DNA of 64,000 nucleotides from Octopus bimaculoides (taxonomy: Eukaryota): positions 140,235,036 through 140,299,035 of the forward strand of contig NC_068984.1 of the NCBI RefSeq assembly GCF_001194135.2, written 5' to 3'. The notes beneath the pieces were generated by a model that saw only the letters and a list, made by a program, of their open reading frames with translations, was not told the DNA's origin and did not search any database. How positions within the stretch are numbered: position 1 is the first letter of the stretch; every line of letters starts with the position of its first letter. Made by a program: the position numbers and the translations under genes. Below are positions 62,900 to 64,000 of this stretch, piece after piece.

Positions 62900-63332
62900 C
62901 ATTACACAAACTTTTGCAGAAAAGTCGTCCATCATTGCTCAATCGTAAAAAGTTTGTTCTTACACAATAACGCAAAACCACATATTGCCCAAATTGCACA
63001 GGAAAAGATTATAACATTAAATATTGAGGTTTTGTCTCATCCTCCTTACTTTGCTGACCTTATTCCATCGGACTATCCATCTTTTCAGACCATTGCAACA
63101 TCATTTAGAGAAAAGCAGCTTATAAAGTGTGAAGAGTTAAAATATGATATCGAGTGTTGCTTTACTTCGAAACCTGAAGAATTTTACACCTTAAAATCGA
63201 CAATTTGCCAAATAGCTAGGATTATGTAAATAATAATGAAGAGTAATATCATCACGATTAAACATATCAATTAAGACCAAAGAAATCATTCTTTATCTTG
63301 AAATGCGACAGGACTTTCTTTCCAACATAATA
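62900..63332 (+). mobile_element. Mariner (DD34D) 3' relic with right TIR; paralog of 57130-57523
   Basis: LFLHNNAKPH plus 34 residues to PSDY, HPPYFADL; end ACAGGACTTTCTTTCCAACATAATA. Confidence 0.8.
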
Positions 63333-63750
63333 CTTCCATCTCGTTCGTAATCCGATTAAAAACAATCCCGAATTATCTTAGACTGGGTGTGAGAAATACG
63401 ACGTGAATGCGAAGAAATTGGGAAAATATAAAGCACTATAGTTTACGTGAAATGCCGGAACGAAAACAAAGAATTGTTTATTACAGAAAGAAAAATACTT
63501 TCATTTCAAAAACGCTTGTATAACGAGGATTGGAAAACATTTAAATAACTTATAAGGATTTAATTAAGAGTAACATGAAAAAAACTTTAATTTTAAGATG
63601 CCATGATGTATACAGGAGACAACAATACAATCGTTTTAACATTGAATGAATTTCAAGAAAATAAGTTGGTGCCTTTAGAGTTCGGAGGCGCGTGGCCGAG
63701 TAATTAGAGGTGTTGCGCTCATGATCGTAAACTTTTGGTTTCGATTCCCG

Positions 63751-63990
63751 ATACTAAAGGATTTTGTTCCGTTCGGCAACAGAAGCAGTGACCCTTCCAT
63801 TTACCGCAGTTTCCAGGATGTGGGAGGGAACAAAGGCGTTGCAGAATGTGGCATCCCAAATGAGGCACCTACCTCTTACCCAAGGACAGAGAGTAAGACC
63901 ATTTGGTCTCTACCCATCACTTCTGGATAATCCCGCCGGCTCCAGAACAGAGGGGATATTAACCCGAGCCCTGGCCCGCGTAATGGCTAA
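63751..63990 (-). mobile_element. CRE-like non-LTR retrotransposon RLE fragment, second diverged copy
   Basis: [48 protein letters not shown]...AERNKIL*Y. Confidence 0.75.
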
Positions 63991-64000
63991 GCTTAGCTCA

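Overview
Eukaryotic, AT-rich, gappy draft sequence with no intact protein-coding gene. The density of (TA)n/(CA)n/(GATA)n/(CATA)n microsatellites and the tRNA-derived SINE families suggest an octopus-like cephalopod genome (inference, not verified). The main functional content is a dispersed cluster of intron-containing tRNA-Tyr(GTA) genes at 39.2-61.3 kb: 7 intact copies, 3 pseudogenes and 1 remnant. All share an unusual CTCGCGA/TCGCGAG acceptor stem, each has a different 19-22 nt intron, and most share a 5' flank with a TATA-like box and a 12-bp motif found in both orientations. At 6.3-6.8 kb, a tRNA-like Pol III head is followed by a minimal hammerhead ribozyme motif, within ~200-bp inverted repeats. 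The rest is SINEs (three or four families, many copies), fragments of RTE, CR1/L2-like, R4/Dong-like, Hero-like, CRE-like and Penelope retroelements, mariner (DD34D) and maT (DD37D) relics, MITEs, minisatellites and hairpins. Nearly all ORFs in the supplied track are microsatellite or N-gap artefacts. tRNA, hairpin and TSD coordinates were counted by hand; transposon and SINE boundaries are approximate. N gaps inside the cluster (e.g. 37923-38532, 43094-43546, 48111-48600, 55519-55708) could hide further copies.
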